DNA from: Geosiphon pyriformis uo1
Taxonomy: Eukaryota > Fungi > Glomeromycota
DNA: 64,000 nucleotides
Direction of reading: 5' to 3'
Assembly: GCA_016748015.1 (NCBI GenBank)
Contig: JAAOMT010000502.1
Location: 496,001-560,000, forward strand
Shown here one piece after another: positions 1 through 12,479 of this stretch. A program made the position numbers and the translations under genes. The notes below the pieces were generated by a model. It saw only the letters and a list, made by a program, of their open reading frames with translations. It ran no database searches and had not been told where the DNA came from. Each line of letters begins with the position of its first letter. Position 1 is the first letter of the stretch.

Positions 1-1685
1 TGTGTAAAGCAATTGCCAAAATTAGCCAAGATCAGCCAAGAAAACCAGAACAAATGGGATTTGATTATACTATTAGTATTATTTGCTTATTGGACAATGA
101 AACAAGACACTACACAAGCAATACTATTTGAGTTAGTATATGATAGAACAGCAACATTACCAGTTAAGATAAAAGTCAAAACCTATCCAACAGAACTAAT
201 AACAGAAGAAAATTTTCAAAGAACATTGTTGAAAAGAACATATAACTTAATGGAAACACTAGAAAACAAATAGCAAAGAACAGTTGATAACATTCAAAAG
301 TCACAAGAAAAACAAAAAAAAAGACATGATAACCAACTATCAGATAAACCAGTTGAATTCAAGATTAGAGACAAAGTACTTTTACATCATACCAAAATGA
401 AAAAACAATGGAATAGAAAATTTGACTCCAAATAAGATGAACCATTTTACATAGAAGAAATTCTAGGAAATAGAGCTTATAAATTAAAATAGAACAACAA
501 AATCTTAGCCAAAGTAGCACATAATAATCAACTGAAACCATATTACCATATAGTGTCATTATCCATCAGTAATATTCCACAATTAGGAGTACAAAAACTA
601 CTAGTTTAACCAGATGAGATTTCACAAAATTTGGAACCAATAGTAGTTATTGAACCAAACACATCAAATTGAACAACCAAAAGAGTATATAAAGACATGA
701 TATATGTGACAAAAACAACAAAGAAAAATGAAAATATCAGAGTATATTCACACTTTAGCTTAACAATTGTTTTAGGCTTTAAGTCAACAACAAGTAAACA
801 TAGAAATTATCATTAACAACCAAACAATCTGTTATTGAAACACCAAACAAAAAGGGAAAAGTACATTATACCAGCAACCACAGAAACAATTAATAAACTG
901 GTCAGATAAAATAGTAGAGAAAGTAAAAAACACTTTTGGAAAGATAACCATTATTATTCCAACAAAAAAACTGACAAAAGAAAATTGGAACCAATAGATA
1001 GACTAACTTCCAATTCCATACTGCTACTATTAATTGGAATAAAAAGTAGATATTCAAAAGTTATATCTTGATAAATCCAAGAGAATCTTTAATCAAGAAA
1101 TAGTCTGGAACATTAAAGACATTATTGGAAAAAAAACAAACTTGACATTAGACATCAAGACTATTTATCGACTACACACTATATTTTAAAACTACTCAGA
1201 AGTATTGTTATATTCTGACATAGAAACAATAACTATCAATCAATGGAGAAGAATGAACAACTCACAAATTGAAGAAATAAAGAGTAGAATGGAACAGATG
1301 CTACTTGAAAAAGAAGTATTTGATATAATTCAAAATAAAAATTTTGATGGAGCTCAATATTAAAAGGAGGAGATAATGTTATTTATAAAAAAGAAAACAG
1401 ATATAAAAAATAGTAGACCAATAAAAAAGTAGTAATTAGCATGTAAACACATTGCTCAGCAATGTGGAGCAATGTCAGAAATCATGGCACATTGCTCAAA
1501 AAATCATAGCACATTACTCGAAAATGTAAGCAATTTTATAGAACATTAATTATGTATATATAGTGGTAGCATTAGAAGAAGAAAAGACAGACCTTTCAGT
1601 TTAGATTTGATCTAAGCAACCTTCCACATCACAAATATCAATAAATAATTATTTAATATCTCAAATTCACTCCACACTATCAACA
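1..1685 (+). mobile_element. Ty3/Gypsy LTR retrotransposon A, 3' portion (integrase C-terminus, decayed extra 3' ORF, PPT, 3' LTR)
   Basis: 13-550 reads WDLII..VLFAY.T..Q.T.FELVY.R...LP then KFDSK*DEPFYIEEILGNRAYKL (decayed GPF motif). PPT AAAAGGAGGAGATAA at 1362-1376 directly precedes TGTT. Confidence 0.85.
1377..1685 (+). repeat. 3' LTR of Gypsy element A
   Basis: Starts TGTT right after the PPT and ends AACA; has internal CACATTGCTC repeats and AATAAA. Confidence 0.7.
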
Positions 1686-1876
1686 CTTTATGTTGATAAT
1701 AATTGATACTTAATCTTACTAGAATAATAACTTTTGATTATAGCTATTAATAAGATATTAACATTTATTGTCTTGACTTATTTCTTTATTTTTCTTTTAT
1801 TTTCTTTCTTTTCTTTTGCTTTGTTATTTTTTTTTATTAACTAATTGATTAAAAAGTAAAAGCACTAAGTTATTAA

Positions 1877-2179
1877 TGTCACAGATAACCTAGTAAAAAA
1901 CCCAGAAATAAGGGTATAAGATTTATAAATTAATGGATAGCTTACTAGAAGGGCATGACTGCCAGAATAAACTGGCCACTATGTTAAAGACAGAAATTGG
2001 GAAAACAACTTGAAAAATCAATCAAAGCCAACCATAGTGAATCTCTGTTTATTATACAAAGGACTTAACCAAAACTTTCAGATCATAAAAATCTTCAGAA
2101 ACCAACATCATTATATCAACTGAGTACCAAGTTATAAATTTGTTATTTGCTTTGAGATCCCAAATAATTATCTGTAACA
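1877..2179. repeat. LTR of another LTR element (C), abutting the broken LINE endonuclease
   Basis: Termini TGTCACAGATAA ... TTATCTGTAACA are an 11/12 inverted repeat; LINE EN homology stops at 2180. No TSD, so probably not a solo LTR. Confidence 0.55.
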
Positions 2180-3339
2180 CTGTTTAACTAAACTTAAATT
2201 AGCAAAAGCACTAATATAAAAACCTAAAATTATGAATGAAATTTTACTCTTAAATAAAAACCAAATAAAAATAAGTTAACTAAGAACTTCCTTTATTTTC
2301 AAACATATTAAGCCAGAGAACTGTCTATAATTATTGTTATATTAGTTTCAAAAAAAATTTTATCCAAATTTGATGTAAAAACATATATCTTACTAAATTT
2401 GTTTACAATTTACAGCTTAATACTAGATCTTAATTTTGTTTTCATAATAATTAAAACCATATTTTTTAAATTTACATATTAGTAAACAACATTTTTCTGC
2501 ATAATAAAAACATTAATACTTCAAGTATTACATGTAGCAATTTTTTAAACTAACTTAATTATTAATAAAAAAAATGCTCAAGTCCAACTCAATATTTTTT
2601 ATTTTGGTTAGCAAATTTATAACCATTTCTGACAAATTATTTATATTGTCTTCCAACTTAAAGACAACTAATAAATCAAAAAACTTTGCCTTTATAACAG
2701 TTTTATTACTTGTAACTATACTTAAATTCTTACTTATTATTATATCTGCTTTTTAATTTTATAATAAAGAAATTATCAATGGTTAATATTCAAGACTAAA
2801 CTAAAAAACTGTTGATTCAAGTGTATTTTATCTCTTAATTAATTTATTAATTTGTTTTATAAAATTGATAAGACAACACTTAAAAGCAGCAAACTTATTA
2901 TTTATTTTCAATATAATTAGTAAAAAAAACATTATTTCTGAAAAAAAGCCAATCTTTAAAAAACTATTTTGCACAAAAAAAGAAAAAAACAAAGAACTAT
3001 CAACAATTTAAACTTAAGTTTTACTATCAAAAAAGACTAAACAAGCTATTAAAATCTGTTTTTTTTATATATGTTTGATTCTGTAATAAAACTAGTTTTT
3101 TGCTATAGCTATTTAAATTTTTATTATTAAAACATATAATAAAAACATAACTAAATTGTTTATACTAAGTATAAACAACTAATAATAAATCAACTTAATA
3201 CAAATTTACATCCTTAAAAACTAAAGTAAAACCAATAACAGTCTTTTTTAATATTTCATTAGCAAAACAAACAATTATATATCTGTTATATTCATATATA
3301 CTTAGATTACAGTCAATAAAACAAGTTTTTTCACCATAT
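2180..3339 (-). mobile_element. Heavily decayed LINE: ORF1 C-terminus and start of ORF2 (AP endonuclease)
   Basis: Minus strand reads YGEKTCFIDC near 3335, KIAT(C) near 2540, and MVLIIMKTKLRSS...VFTSNLD...LFKSKISFIILGFY, collinear with 46283-47450. Confidence 0.8.
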
Positions 3340-4067
3340 TATTACAGATTAAAATAACAAGCTAACAGATAGCAAGAGAAAACAGAATTGTAAAGTAATA
3401 GAATTAATTAAAGAGAATTCAATTTCAATAAGCAAATTAAATAAATATAGATTCAATGTGCAAGATTGGTCTTATAAAATATTTCAGTCACTATTCTTTT
3501 CAAAAAATAACTAAAAAATTTAAAAGTAAAAGAATAGTTTGTACTATCAACAAATAATAACACACTGGTATAATTCTATGCCTTATATTGGTACTTTTAA
3601 AATTCAATATCAGATATTAAATATGCTTTTTAGTTATGTTTTATTTAATAATCTTTAAATACTATAATTATACAAGTCAGAAAAAAAATTGATAAATGCC
3701 AACAAGTAATTTTTTATTCCAAAATGTTCAGATACTTAAAGATAAGGAAAGAGAAATTAGCAAAAAAATAAAAATTAAGATAAAATTGCTATTTTATTTT
3801 TCAGTTTTCTTTGATTCTTATATTTTTTTTACAATTAAGAGATTTATTATTTATATAGCTATTGAAAGTAGTTAATAATTAAGTCAACAATTAAATCAAT
3901 GATCAGAACAATAATTAGATCAATAATCAGGTTATTAATCAGATTAATGATTAAGTTAATAATTAAGTCAACAGTTAGATCATTGATCAGATTAATAATT
4001 ACTATTTAAAAATAAAATAGCTAATACATGTGATAACTAATATAAAATATGGGTTTTAATTATAATA
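3340..4067 (-). repeat. 3' LTR of element B (728 bp)
   Basis: Aligns end to end with 10358-11058; contains 11 copies of a 12-bp unit. Confidence 0.92.
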
Positions 4068-7000
4068 TTATCTTCTTCAAAAAAATTGAGCTTTGGTAAA
4101 ATCAAGTTATTTATAAAATAATCTATTTGAAAGGTTTTGTCTAATTTAAAACTAACTAGTTTATTGAAATCTTATGTAAATAAGATATATAGTATTTAAG
4201 ATAAAATAAGTTTTGTATCCAAAAGATTATATCTTTGTATAAAAGTTTTGACTCTTTTAGTAATAGTCAAAATTCTTAAGATATCTAATTGTATAATACC
4301 CAGAATTTCTATTTGTATCTCTGAAGTTGTTTTCTTCATGAGTTTCATATTTTCTATGATTTTTCTAAGATGATTCATAAAGTTTTAGTTGCCTTTTATA
4401 TGACAAGTTTTTGTCTATAAATAAAATTTTCTTAATTGTTTTTTCAATTGTAATAAAAAATAAGAGTATTACTGCTGTTATACTTTTTAGCAGATATTTA
4501 TCTATTTTATTACCAATTTTTTTTCTTTTGCTAATGGTTTTCTTTGGTCTAATAATAATATGTGTTCTATTGTTATCAGTTATAGTGGTTTGTTATTCAA
4601 TAGTTAAAGTAGTATTTGGATTGTTTTTAATCCAATACTCATGGAGAGTATAAAAGATGTTTTAAATATTTTGATCTAAGAAATAATTGTTCATGTTAAT
4701 TGAAAATATCTTTGTTTTGAAAATAATGCATTTATTTATACTTGATTTTTGTTGATTATTTGAGTTAATATTATCACAACAGATAACCAATCAAGTCATT
4801 TGTAATATTTTTTGAATTGTATACCATAAACAGAGTAATTATTAAAGATTTTTCTATATTGATCTTGTAAAATATAAAAACCATTGTTTAAAACTTTGTT
4901 AACTATAAAGAGTTTTTTTTACCAGCTAGAAAACTTATTATTATAGATATTGTCTCTGTCTAAACAATATTCTAAAACTAGGTTACTAATACTTAAAGAA
5001 AGTATTTTATAAGTTTTCTTCTTCTTAAACTTTTTTTGAAACTGTTTTATCTTTTCAAAAGCTATTATTCATGCTTCTACCAAAAAATTAAGAATAGTAT
5101 CAAGTCTTCTTTGCAAAATATTTTTGTAATTTTTTATTGTGATTTTTTTAAAGAGTATTATCTCAATATTATTTTTTATTGGTAAAATTGCTATTTATTC
5201 ATAGAATAGATAAAAAAGTTTATAACTGGTTATGTCATGATCCAGGCTTACAAGCAAACAAAGCTAAAGACAATATTTTGTCTTATAAGTTTGTTTTTTT
5301 ACTGGTTTTAGTTAATGTTTTACATATAGTTTTATTGAAACATTCTATTAGACTATTTGTTTGAGGATGATAAGAAGAAAAGAGTTTATGATATATTCTC
5401 ATTTTTCTACAAAGTTTTTTAACCAGTGTACTAAAAAAACTCTTCTTCTGTTAGATAAAAGTTTTTTGGAACAGCTATGATGGCAAATAATATTTTCATA
5501 AATAAAATTGACTATGTAAACTACTGTTTGGTCTGAAGTGGCTTTTGCTTCTATCTACTTTGTAAGATAGTTAGTAGCTGTGATAATATATCTATTGTCA
5601 TTAGGAGTTACTGTTAAAAGTCTAACAATATCTATACCAATTCTGTTAAATAGTTAACCAATAGAAATTGGATAAATACTTTCTTTGTGATTGGGTTTTT
5701 TTCTTCTTTAACAGATATTACAGATTTTGATATATTCAGCAATATCTTTTCTTAAGATAGACTAATAATAGCAAACTAAAGTTTTCTAAATTGTTTTTGT
5801 TTTTTCAAAGTGTTCAACTAATGAATCAATATGTATGTTATAGATCATAATTTCTTTTTCTTCAAATCTAATAACTCTCTAGAAGTGGTCAGAATTTTTT
5901 TTATAAAGTTGGTTCTGGCAAATCAAATAAAAATTTGATTGTTTGCACAAATATTTTCTTTGCTGTCAAGTATAATTCAGTGAGTATTGTCTTTTACTCA
6001 AAAATTCTATTAGTGCAGAATAGTTGTCCAAGTATATTATTGTGTTTGGTTAAAGAGAAGTTACTAATAATTAAATTGATTTGGTTTGTGAAGATTGTAC
6101 TATCACTGAATAATAAGTCTGAAAAGAACATTGGCATTTTAATAATTTGTTCTTTTGTGATGTTAAATATTATAGTCAAATTTATTCAGATGAAATATTT
6201 AGCAAGTTATTTGTTTGTGTTTCAGCTTTTTTTTGTTGTGTAGCCAAACCAAAGCTTAATGATCTGTTACTACTAAAAACTTTATATCAAGAAGATATTT
6301 ATCTCAATAACTAGTCTAAACTACTGCTAAGCATTTTTGTTCAGTAACTAAATAGTTTTGTTCTGCTGATAAGAGTGTTTTACTTGTATATACTATAGCA
6401 TATTTCTTGCCATTTTTATTTTTTTGTAAGAAAATAACACCAAGTTCATAACTAGATATATCAATATAAAAGATAAAAAATTGATTCAGATCAGATTACA
6501 TAAGTATAGATTTTGTAACTAATTTTTTCTTTAAAGTTTCAAATGCTTTTTATTGATATGTTTTCTAGTAATAATTAACAGTTTTTTTGAGTAGCTAATT
6601 GAGAAGAAAGACAATTTTGAAAATTTTTTTGATGAATTTACAATAATAAAAGGCCAATCTAAGAAAAAACATAGTTTATAAATATTTATTAGTTGTCTAA
6701 TGTTTTGGACTTTTTCAACTTTGGCTGAATCAAGGAAAATTCTATTTTTTGTAATAAGATAACCAAAGAACTAAGTGGATTAACATCCAAAAAAAGATTT
6801 AATTAGATTGATCTTGAGGTCAGCATTTTTAAAAAGATTAAAAACCTTTTGTAAATGTTCTAGGTGTTTATTCTAAGTTTTTAAGTATGTTATTTAAATA
6901 AACCAGAATAAAGTTTTCTTTTACTAATTCAAATATTTTGTCTATTAAGTATTAAAAAATGGGAGGATTATTGGTAAGATTAAAAGACATAATTGTGAAT

Positions 7001-10000
7001 TTATAAGTGCCATATTTGGTAATAAAAACATGTTTTTTTTAGCTTTCTGAATCCATCTCTACTTGCCAGAATTTAGCAGTTAAGTTAATAATTAAAAAGA
7101 AAACAGCATCATTGAATTTGTCTAACATTGCATTAATTTTGATAAATAAATATATGTCTTTTTTAGTAATAATATTTAATTGTTAATAGTCAATACAAAA
7201 GCATAGGGTTTTATCTTTTTTGGATACTACTATAATTAGAAAAGCCTATTTACTCTTAGTTTTTTGTATGAATTCAAGATTTTTTATTTGGTTTATTTCT
7301 TTCTTAATAAACTTATTATTATAGTAATTGAACTAATAAGACTTCAAGTAAATAAAATAAGTTTCTTTGATGATAATAATATATTGTATTATATGAGTAC
7401 ATCTAAGTATATTACTTTCTTTTAAGATAACTGGGCTGTTTTTAGCCAACAGATTTTTAATATCTATCTTTCTTTCTTCTGGAAAGAGTTTTTTTTGCTC
7501 TATTGTTAATGACTGTATCTTTGATAGTTTATTCTCAAAAAACTTTTGTACTTCTTGTATTTCTTCTTTTGGTATTAAGCTAATAGGTTTTCAATCCTTG
7601 TATTAAATTAGAAAAAATTTGCATTTATTACTGAAAAAATACAATAGTTTATTGCACTAATATCAGACACAATAATCATGTTATTAATAATTGTATTTGG
7701 TTTTTTTGCTAAGTTTTCTGTTAAAAATTTTTCTAAGTATATCATAGTATGGTCAACAGATTAGTTTGTCATTTACAATAATTTCTTTTTTGTCTGCTTT
7801 GATATTATTCAGTAGTAAGCTAATGCTGATAAAAATAATATAGACAAATTTAACAGTTTTTTCTTGTTTTTTTTGTTCTTTTTCTTTATTGCTCTTTTTA
7901 TTATCTAATTCATTAGATTGTTTTTTTTCTTGGTTCTGCTTGGGTGTTGGAGGAGTTGTTTAATAATAGCACTTAATCACAATAAACTTTTTATCACATC
8001 TAATAGTTAGTTTAATTAAGTAAGGCTTTTGTTTTCTTAAACTATTTATTGCCAACAATTATGGTGTATTTTTTTGTTTTAGATACTTCTATCTTAGTTT
8101 TAATGTTAATGCTATTAATGTGAACAAGAACAGCTTTGGTAATACCAAGTTTTTTTTTTTGTTATTATGTATATTGATTATTGGTCTAGTTAAAAATTTA
8201 TCAATTTTTCTTCTAATGGCTTCAAAAAAATGTTTGGTAATTATACTAACAGATGATTTACTGTTTAAAATTAAATCAATAAAGTATTCAGTTACTTGGA
8301 CTTTGCAAATCAAAAAGATGACATTACTGTTATTAGCAAGTTCAGCTTGGCAAAGACACTTGTTGATTTTGGGTGTCTTTTTCTTTAGAATTAAGGATTT
8401 ATGAAGATTTTTTCTAAATTGTGGATAAATCATTAACTAGCCAAAAGTAATATAAGCTGGTGTTTTTATAAGATCTTTGACAACAAAATAGAGACCACAT
8501 TTTTGTATTATTTTTAGGTGTTCCAATTTTGGAGAATTCTTAAAAACTTTAGCTTTTGGTAGCTTATTATTAGTAACAGTTAATATAAAAGCTTTATTAA
8601 GATCTAAAGTGAAATTAACCTTGGCTTTTTTTTTTTGTTAAGCCAAAAGAGTTGATTGCCAATTCATCCATGTCATAATTATTATTAGTTAGATTAAAAG
8701 TGTAAAAGAGATTTTTTTCTGATTGGTTTGTACTCTTACTCTTTAAAAATATGTTTACTAGTTTAAAGACTAATAAATAGTAGCTTTAACTAAGAGATTC
8801 TCTTTTAAAAAATTGATGTTGATATGATTAAGTCTTTGATTAAGAGCATTATTGTTATTGATTCTGTTGTTCTGAATCTTATTGTTTCTAAAAACTAGAG
8901 AAAGTAATAAAGAATTGTTGTAATCTCTGAAAAAGTGTTTAGTTAATTTACAATGATAGCATACAAGTGGGCCACAATTTTGCTGTTTTTGATAAAAAAA
9001 TTGCTAGAACTAATTAAAATAGAGTTCAAATTTGGGTCTTTAAGATTGTTGATTCTCTCTAATTGCTTGGGTTAAGAGTTCTAATAACCAAACAAGATTG
9101 GTTGTAAGTTTATTTATTAACTGTTCATTTGGGTCTTAAGTTTGAATAGCAAAAGAAGTAGCAGTTATTTGAAAAACAAAAGCCATAATAGAGACAGGAG
9201 CAAAAACTAGAAATGTGAATTCCAAATGTATTTTTTAATTGTCTTTAATTTGTTGGGCAAGTTCAATGGCCATATCTATTGTTGAATTATTTTTTAAAGC
9301 CAAGAGAGGCCAAAAAACATATGAAAAATTAATTTTCAATTTTTTTGTAAAAAAATAAATCTTTTGCTCTTCTGTCTAGTTTTTTTCAAAGTTTATTTAT
9401 TTAATTAGCTTTCTGATTGCTCTAACATATTTAATTACAATTTCATCAGAATCTTGAATTTTTTTTTAATTTTGTATACCATTTTGAGATTAAAATAAGA
9501 GTTTTGAATTTGTTTTCAAACCAAGTAATGAAAGAAATATTTTTTTCTCCAGTATTTGTTGATGTCCATCTAATAATTTTTTGATAAGCACCAGCATTAG
9601 TTTTTTGTGAAAACCAAGTAGTAAAAGAGCCTTGAAAATAGCCACCAACAATTTAAAACTTGTACCCTGTATTATACTAATTTGCAGTAGTTGCTCTTTC
9701 AAAATTGTTTAACTATTTAATTAGGTCTTAAGTATTATCTCTAAATAGTAGTAATAAAGTGTTGTTTTTTTATCTTAAAGCAGTTTGTATACCTTGGAAA
9801 ACAGCTAAAATGTTTGCTTATATGAAATTAGCAGTTATTGGTTTAGGAGTAACAGTTTGTGTAGAATAATCTAAATTACTTGAGAAAAAATCAAAAACAA
9901 AAGCAGTTTGATAGCTTTTTTTTTTTGTTTCAAGGAGAGTTTTAGCTATTAATGAGCAGCAATCCAAATGTGAATTTAATAATTCAAATATTCGAAATTA

Positions 10001-10357
10001 AAAAGTTGTTGTTCAAAGATTGTTGAATATAAAAGCTGATTAATGTTATTGTTTTTTTCTTCAAGATTGTCTTCAAAGTAAACTTGATCAAAAAAGTAGA
10101 TTGTGTAAACTGTGTAAGTTTTAGCCAAGTGTTTGTTTAGGAACTAGTTCCAAAAATCTTGGAATTGTCTACTGAATTGTTCTTTAACAGAGAAACAAAT
10201 CAAGCAAAAAGACAAAAGATTAAGTTTAATAAAGTTTAAGTTATATTTGTTGTGTGCTTTAAAATGTTCTTTTGATTATTATAGTGGATATGAATAATTA
10301 CTTATACAATAAAAAACAAAGTAAATTTTGACAATCTTACAGAAAGCACTACTTTTA

Positions 10358-11058
10358 TGTTATGAATTGGAGTAATAAGCTAATAGATAACAAGAGAGAA
10401 CAGAATTGTAGAATAATAGAATTAATCAAAGAGAATTCAACTTTAATGAGTAAATTAAATAAGTATAAAATCAATATATAAGATCAGTCTTATAAAATAT
10501 CTCAGTTATTATTCTTTTCAAAAAATAACTAAAGAATCTAAAAGTAGAGGAATAGTTTATATTATTAACAAATAATAACATATTGGTATAATTTTATGCA
10601 TTATGTTGATGCTCTTAGAATTTGATATTAGGTATTAAATATGTTCTTCAGTCATGTTTTATTCAATAATCTTCAAATACTACAATTACACAAGTCAGAA
10701 AAAAGATAAGTAAATGCCAACAAATAATCTTTTATTCCAAGATGTTCAGATACTTGAAGGTAAAAAAAAAGAAATTAGCAAGAAGATAAAGATTGAGATG
10801 AAGTTGTTATTTTATTTTTTTGCTTTTTTTGATTCTTATATTTTTTCTACAGCTAAAAGATTCATTACTTATATAGCTATTGAAAGTGGTTAATAATTAG
10901 GTCAATAACTAAGTCAATGATCAGATCAATGATCAAGTCAACAGTCAGGTCATTGATTAGATCAATAATTACTATCTAAAAATAAAGTGGTTAATTATAT
11001 GACATCAATGGCTAATACATGTGATAACTAATAAAAAGTATGGGTTTCAACTGTAACA
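10358..11058 (-). repeat. 5' LTR of element B (701 bp)
   Basis: TGTTA...TAACA termini; 7 copies of the 12-bp unit plus a 21-bp insertion, which exactly account for the 27-bp length difference. Confidence 0.92.
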
Positions 11059-12095
11059 ATATGATGTCAACAAATCAGAAAGATTATAAGCAATAATGCC
11101 AATTCGTAAAATATACAACAAAGCCTAATGCTAATCTTATTGACAGCCTTGACCACATGCACAAAATCTTTTTCCATAAGAACCGACCACTCAGTTAAAA
11201 CCAAATCAGCAACATCAGCAGATTCAAATTCAACCAGGGCCTTTTGCCAAAGACCAATGAACTGCATCTTAATAGACACAATCTTACCAAACTTAAAGAA
11301 CACTGATTTCACAGCCAATTTAGGAAGATCTACAGGGATCTCTTTAACAATCACTTCCCAATTCGTACGACTGTTTATTTTCCTACCTGGAAATTTTGAG
11401 AGAGTCGACGCGAAAGATTTTGCTGAATTAAAACTCCGCTTCTCCAAGGCACGTGACTCGCTTGGTGGCAAACGTTTGGAACCAGAGAACTTAGGATCTG
11501 GGAGCGTCAGAATGTCGTCGTCGTCGTCACTCGGATTGTCAAAGGAAATTTTTTTCGGCTGGCCGCCCAAAACATACGTCCTGGTGCGCGTCTTCCTAGG
11601 CGTGGCATCGTCCAATGCGTCGTCCATTTCTGAGGCATCCGAATCCGCGTAGCTAGTCTCCTCTGCGATCGTGTTTTTCATGTTTTCCACATCCGAGATT
11701 TCACTGACACTGCTCGTTTCACCCGCAACTTCACTACCCCAGGATCTAATAGGCTTAACGCCATCAATTCCCAAATCACCGAGACTAAGAGGACCAGCAG
11801 AAGACTCAACCAAGCCGGTTTCAACGTCAGGTTTCTTCGGCTTTTTGTAGGAAGCGCCGCGAGAGTAAACACTCTCAACTCGCTTTTTCTTTGTGCCAGA
11901 GCGAGTCCCCAACCCAGCAGAACCAGAACCCGACCCACCAGCAGAAGAGCTCGCCGGTTCCATAGCCACGAACAAAGGTGTGTTGAAAGAAATAACTACG
12001 AAACTAAAGGGGAGAGGGAGGTAAGAAAATTATTTCTTCGGTATATCTTAGCTCTCATTGCGACCAGGGGATCAACAAGAGAAAGATTTTTTTTC
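11059..12095 (-). mobile_element. 5' end and ORF1 N-terminal half of the LINE interrupted by element B
   Basis: ORF 11067-11975 contains VIVKEIP...FGKIVSIKMQFIGLWQKALVEF, homologous to 45293-46267. Removing B restores IIAYNLSDLLTS-YGEKTCFI. The 5' boundary is approximate. Confidence 0.88.
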
Positions 12096-12479
12096 AAAAT
12101 TTTATATTAACAAAAATACTATTAAACTTTTTAAATTATTTTTTAATAATTTAAATTTAACTGATTTTTTATAATTAAAATTTTCAAATTTAATCAATTT
12201 TTTTTCGTGTTTACGCTGTGTAATCCAACCACCAACTATTTTCGTGCAACGCAATTATCGTGAATCACGCAACAAACCACACGTGATCAGCTACTTTCGT
12301 ATAAGAATGATTTTTCAAAAAGGTCATTTATTGAAATTTAATTTAATTTCTTTAAGAATGTTTAACCAGAAATAGCTTTAAATTTGATCATCTGTCCATT
12401 TTTCATATGATGGATTCTTTATAGAAAAATGATGAATGATAATTACTTTGACTTTTGGTCTTTTCTATCGCTAATTAAG

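Larger units (their letters stand above)
3340..11058 (-). mobile_element. Full-length decayed Ty3/Gypsy LTR retrotransposon B with 4-bp TSD (ATAT)
   Basis: Paired LTRs; ATAT at 3336-3339 and 11059-11062; PPT at 4068-4080 (minus strand). Domain order gag Zn knuckle (~8930-8965, CYHC..T.HF...), protease (~8270, LILNSKSS from LILDSGSS), RT (~6880-7400; FWQVEMD, VYLNNI from YLDD), RNase H, integrase. Confidence 0.95.

Noticed and set aside
3869-4000. CRISPR-like array
   Set aside because: Contiguous 12-bp units without spacers, inside an LTR of a eukaryote.
365-9702. Many short Ile/Leu/Phe/Lys-rich ORFs in the track
   Set aside because: They are antisense or out-of-frame shadows of decayed retroelement sequence.
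10335-10357. Primer-binding site of element B (TAAAAGTAGTGCTTTCTG on the minus strand)
   Set aside because: The position fits, but I cannot assign a tRNA and found no self-priming complement in the LTR.
11128-11652. 174-aa plus-strand ORF
   Set aside because: Antisense to LINE ORF1, with no independent motif.
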